UHGV virus genome: UHGV-1359266
Strand: one strand, 5' to 3'
DNA: 12,986 nt
Source: a virus
Translations under genes and position numbers: made by a program
The notes under the pieces: model-generated
The model's input: only the letters and a program-made list of their open reading frames with translations
What the model was told of the DNA's origin: nothing
Database searches by the model: none
Part shown: piece by piece, positions 10,041-12,986 of the stretch
How positions within the stretch are numbered: the first letter of the stretch is position 1
Layout: each line of letters begins with the position of its first letter

Positions 10041-10336
10041 TTAAACTATCTGCAGTAATATTATCTATTGGTCTTCTAGTTGGTTGTTCGACAAAGCCTC
10101 TAGAAGTAAAGAAAGAAACAGTTCATCCGAATTGGCCTGTGCAAATAAAGTCATATGATGAAGCTAAACTGTCTTGGCAAGTTAAAGTTATTGATGGTAA
10201 AGCTTGGGTCGGTATGCCATTTGAAGATTCCCAGGAATTTCGTATTTGGCTTAATGACGTAAAACGATATGTACACGATCAAAAAACTATGATATGTTAT
10301 TATCGTCAAGAGTTAAAAGAGGATAAATGTAAATGA
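10037..10336 (+). CDS. pseT.2: o-spanin (outer-membrane lipoprotein spanin subunit, PseT.2-like), 99 aa
   Basis: Lipoprotein signal peptide MIKLSAVILSIGLLVGC with lipobox L-V-G-C and Ser at +2 is seen in sequence. Paired immediately downstream of the i-spanin with an ATGA overlap. Confidence 0.7.
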   Translation: MIKLSAVILSIGLLVGCSTKPLEVKKETVHPNWPVQIKSYDEAKLSWQVKVIDGKAWVGMPFEDSQEFRIWLNDVKRYVHDQKTMICYYRQELKEDKCK

Positions 10337-10559
10337 TTTCATGGCATCAATTTGAACATCTCAAAGGATTGATTTATGAATCCGAGATGGCTGCAATGAT
10401 TTACGGACGACAGATTCAGCGGTTAGAATCTTTACCTCCAACTAATGATGTTTTATTAGCTCAATCGCGTGCTAATCTTAAAAATGAATATCAAAATAAG
10501 TGGGGCAAAGCATCTAAAGACTTGCATGATTATATTCAATCATTAGTTGAGAAAAATAA

Positions 10560-10563
<4 letters not shown>
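10333..10563 (+). CDS. hypothetical protein (76 aa)
   Basis: ORF with SD GAGGA about 10 nt upstream; stop/start overlaps on both sides. No family recognised. Confidence 0.45.
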
Positions 10564-11782
<1,219 letters not shown>

Positions 11783-11846
11783 TGGCTTTGCACCATGAAA
11801 CTTGGGATATTATTAATTGGCTCGAAGAAAATTATGTGAGGTAAAT

Positions 11847-12122
11847 ATGTTTCCGACTTACTCTAAAATCGTAGAAGTAGTGTTTAGCCAAATTATCGCT
11901 AATAATATGTTTGAAAAACTTGATAACGCAGCTGAACTTCGAATCCACGCTCAAGTGACTCATGTATTGAACGCTTTGCTTCCAGACCAGGTGGATTCTA
12001 TTGCCATTACGTTGTATCCAGGTTCCGCGCATATCATTGTTGTATTTGGTCTTGATGCTGAGCTAGTTATCAAAGGCGACATTCGCTTTGAATCACAGAC
12101 ATCAGAATTCAAAGCAATTTAA
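11847..12122 (+). CDS. hypothetical protein (91 aa)
   Basis: ORF; the ATG at 11847 has SD GAGG 7 nt upstream, whereas the track start at 11817 has none. No family recognised. Confidence 0.5.
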   Translation: MFPTYSKIVEVVFSQIIANNMFEKLDNAAELRIHAQVTHVLNALLPDQVDSIAITLYPGSAHIIVVFGLDAELVIKGDIRFESQTSEFKAI

Positions 12123-12124
12123 TA

Positions 12125-12154
12125 GTTTACTTTACGGTAGAGTTGTGATATTAT
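12125..12154 (+). promoter_or_regulatory. T4 early-type promoter candidate: GTTTAC (12125-12130), 18-bp spacer, TG (12146-12147), TATTAT (12149-12154); inverted repeat GGTAGAG / CTCTACC (12136-12142 / 12157-12163) brackets the -10
   Basis: Seen in sequence, in an intergenic region directly upstream of SD GAGGA and the ATG at 12185. Confidence 0.6.
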
Positions 12155-12184
12155 AGCTCTACCAAAACAAATGAGGAAATTGAA

Positions 12185-12715
12185 ATGAGCGAATGGTTTG
12201 AAGAAGATAAGGTTTATCGTTTTAAAGCTGAATATAAAGATATTTTTAATGAAACTTGTGAGGCTAATAAACGAATTGCCCAGTTTATTGGGGAAAATTC
12301 ATTTAAAGTAAAAATCGATCCTGCGAAAAATGTTATTAGCATTAAACGCGAAATTGACGATTGCTGGTATAAAGCTGTTGACGTAATGGGCGAATCCTAT
12401 AAAGTTAGCCCGTTATTTTCAATTACTCATATGTTAGAATATTCTTTTTTCGAAGAAGTTCAAAAAGATGATTCTATCAGTAAATTTGAAATTAAAGCTG
12501 ATAAAGAAATTAAGTGGAAAGTAGTAGGTATTACTGGTTGCATGTTTTATATCTATGCTCAAACTGATACGAAGGAAGAAGCTAAAAAGAAAGCTCTAGA
12601 ATATCTTGAAAAATATGAAGAAGGCCCGGTAATGATTACTCAAGATGCTGAATTAGTTTCTGTCAAATTAGTTAAAAATGTTGAAAGTAAGGAGCTTGGA
12701 TCAACATGCTGCTAA
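12185..12715 (+). CDS. hypothetical protein (176 aa)
   Basis: ORF with SD GAGGA upstream and its own early-type promoter. No family recognised. Confidence 0.55.
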   Translation: MSEWFEEDKVYRFKAEYKDIFNETCEANKRIAQFIGENSFKVKIDPAKNVISIKREIDDCWYKAVDVMGESYKVSPLFSITHMLEYSFFEEVQKDDSISKFEIKADKEIKWKVVGITGCMFYIYAQTDTKEEAKKKALEYLEKYEEGPVMITQDAELVSVKLVKNVESKELGSTCC

Positions 12716-12945
12716 GTGAAAAACCAATTACTGTTAAAGAATTCCAAGAAAAAGTTAAACTATTTGCGCAAGAATTAGTAAATAAGGTTTCTGAACGATT
12801 TCCTGAAACATCGGTTCGTGTTATTACCGAAACTCCTCGTTCAGTATTAGTAATTGTGAATCCAGGTGATGGCGATCAAATATCGCATCTTAAACTGGAT
12901 TTTGATGGATTAGTTGAAGCACAAAGGGTGTATGGCGTACTATGA
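12706..12945 (+). CDS. hypothetical protein (79 aa)
   Basis: ORF with SD AAGGAG upstream; overlaps the previous ORF by 10 nt. Confidence 0.5.
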   Translation: MLLSEKPITVKEFQEKVKLFAQELVNKVSERFPETSVRVITETPRSVLVIVNPGDGDQISHLKLDFDGLVEAQRVYGVL

Positions 12946-12986
12946 TGAATTTAACTGATATAATTGATAATTGTCTTGAAAATGAT
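12942..12986 (+). CDS. 5' end of a further ORF (MMNLTDIIDNCLEND...), truncated by the window edge
   Basis: ATG overlaps the previous stop (ATGA), the same coupling pattern as the rest of the block. Only 15 codons are visible. Confidence 0.3.
   Translation, partial: MMNLTDIIDNCLEND

Noticed and set aside
11817-11846. Upstream start for the ORF after pseT (MARRKLCEVN...)
   Set aside because: No SD, whereas the internal ATG at 11847 is preceded by GAGG at ideal spacing.

Overview
This window is a compact, + strand early-gene block of a T4-type (T-even) coliphage: the nucleotide-metabolism and host-takeover region. All supported genes run left to right, often with overlapping stop/start codons. 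Order: five small ORFs of unknown function (84..1630), frd (dihydrofolate reductase), a 115-aa ORF of unknown family, td (thymidylate synthase, uninterrupted), two overlapping small ORFs, nrdA, nrdB (uninterrupted), denA (endonuclease II), rnlA (RNA ligase 1), alc, an i-spanin/o-spanin pair, two small ORFs, pseT (polynucleotide kinase/phosphatase), then three small ORFs and a truncated ORF at the 3' edge. Four intergenic sites match the T4 early-promoter architecture (GTTTAC, 18-19 bp, TGn + TAnnnT), and one hairpin with a T-run after nrdB looks like an intrinsic terminator. No tRNA, rRNA, CRISPR array, transposon or group I intron is visible. Compared with my recollection of T4, this genome lacks the three homing-endonuclease insertions of this region (td intron, mobE, nrdB intron) but has an extra ORF where T4 frd and td overlap. 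Identifications rest on recognisable catalytic motifs plus recall of T4 proteins; no database search was run, so T4 lengths and sequences quoted are from memory.
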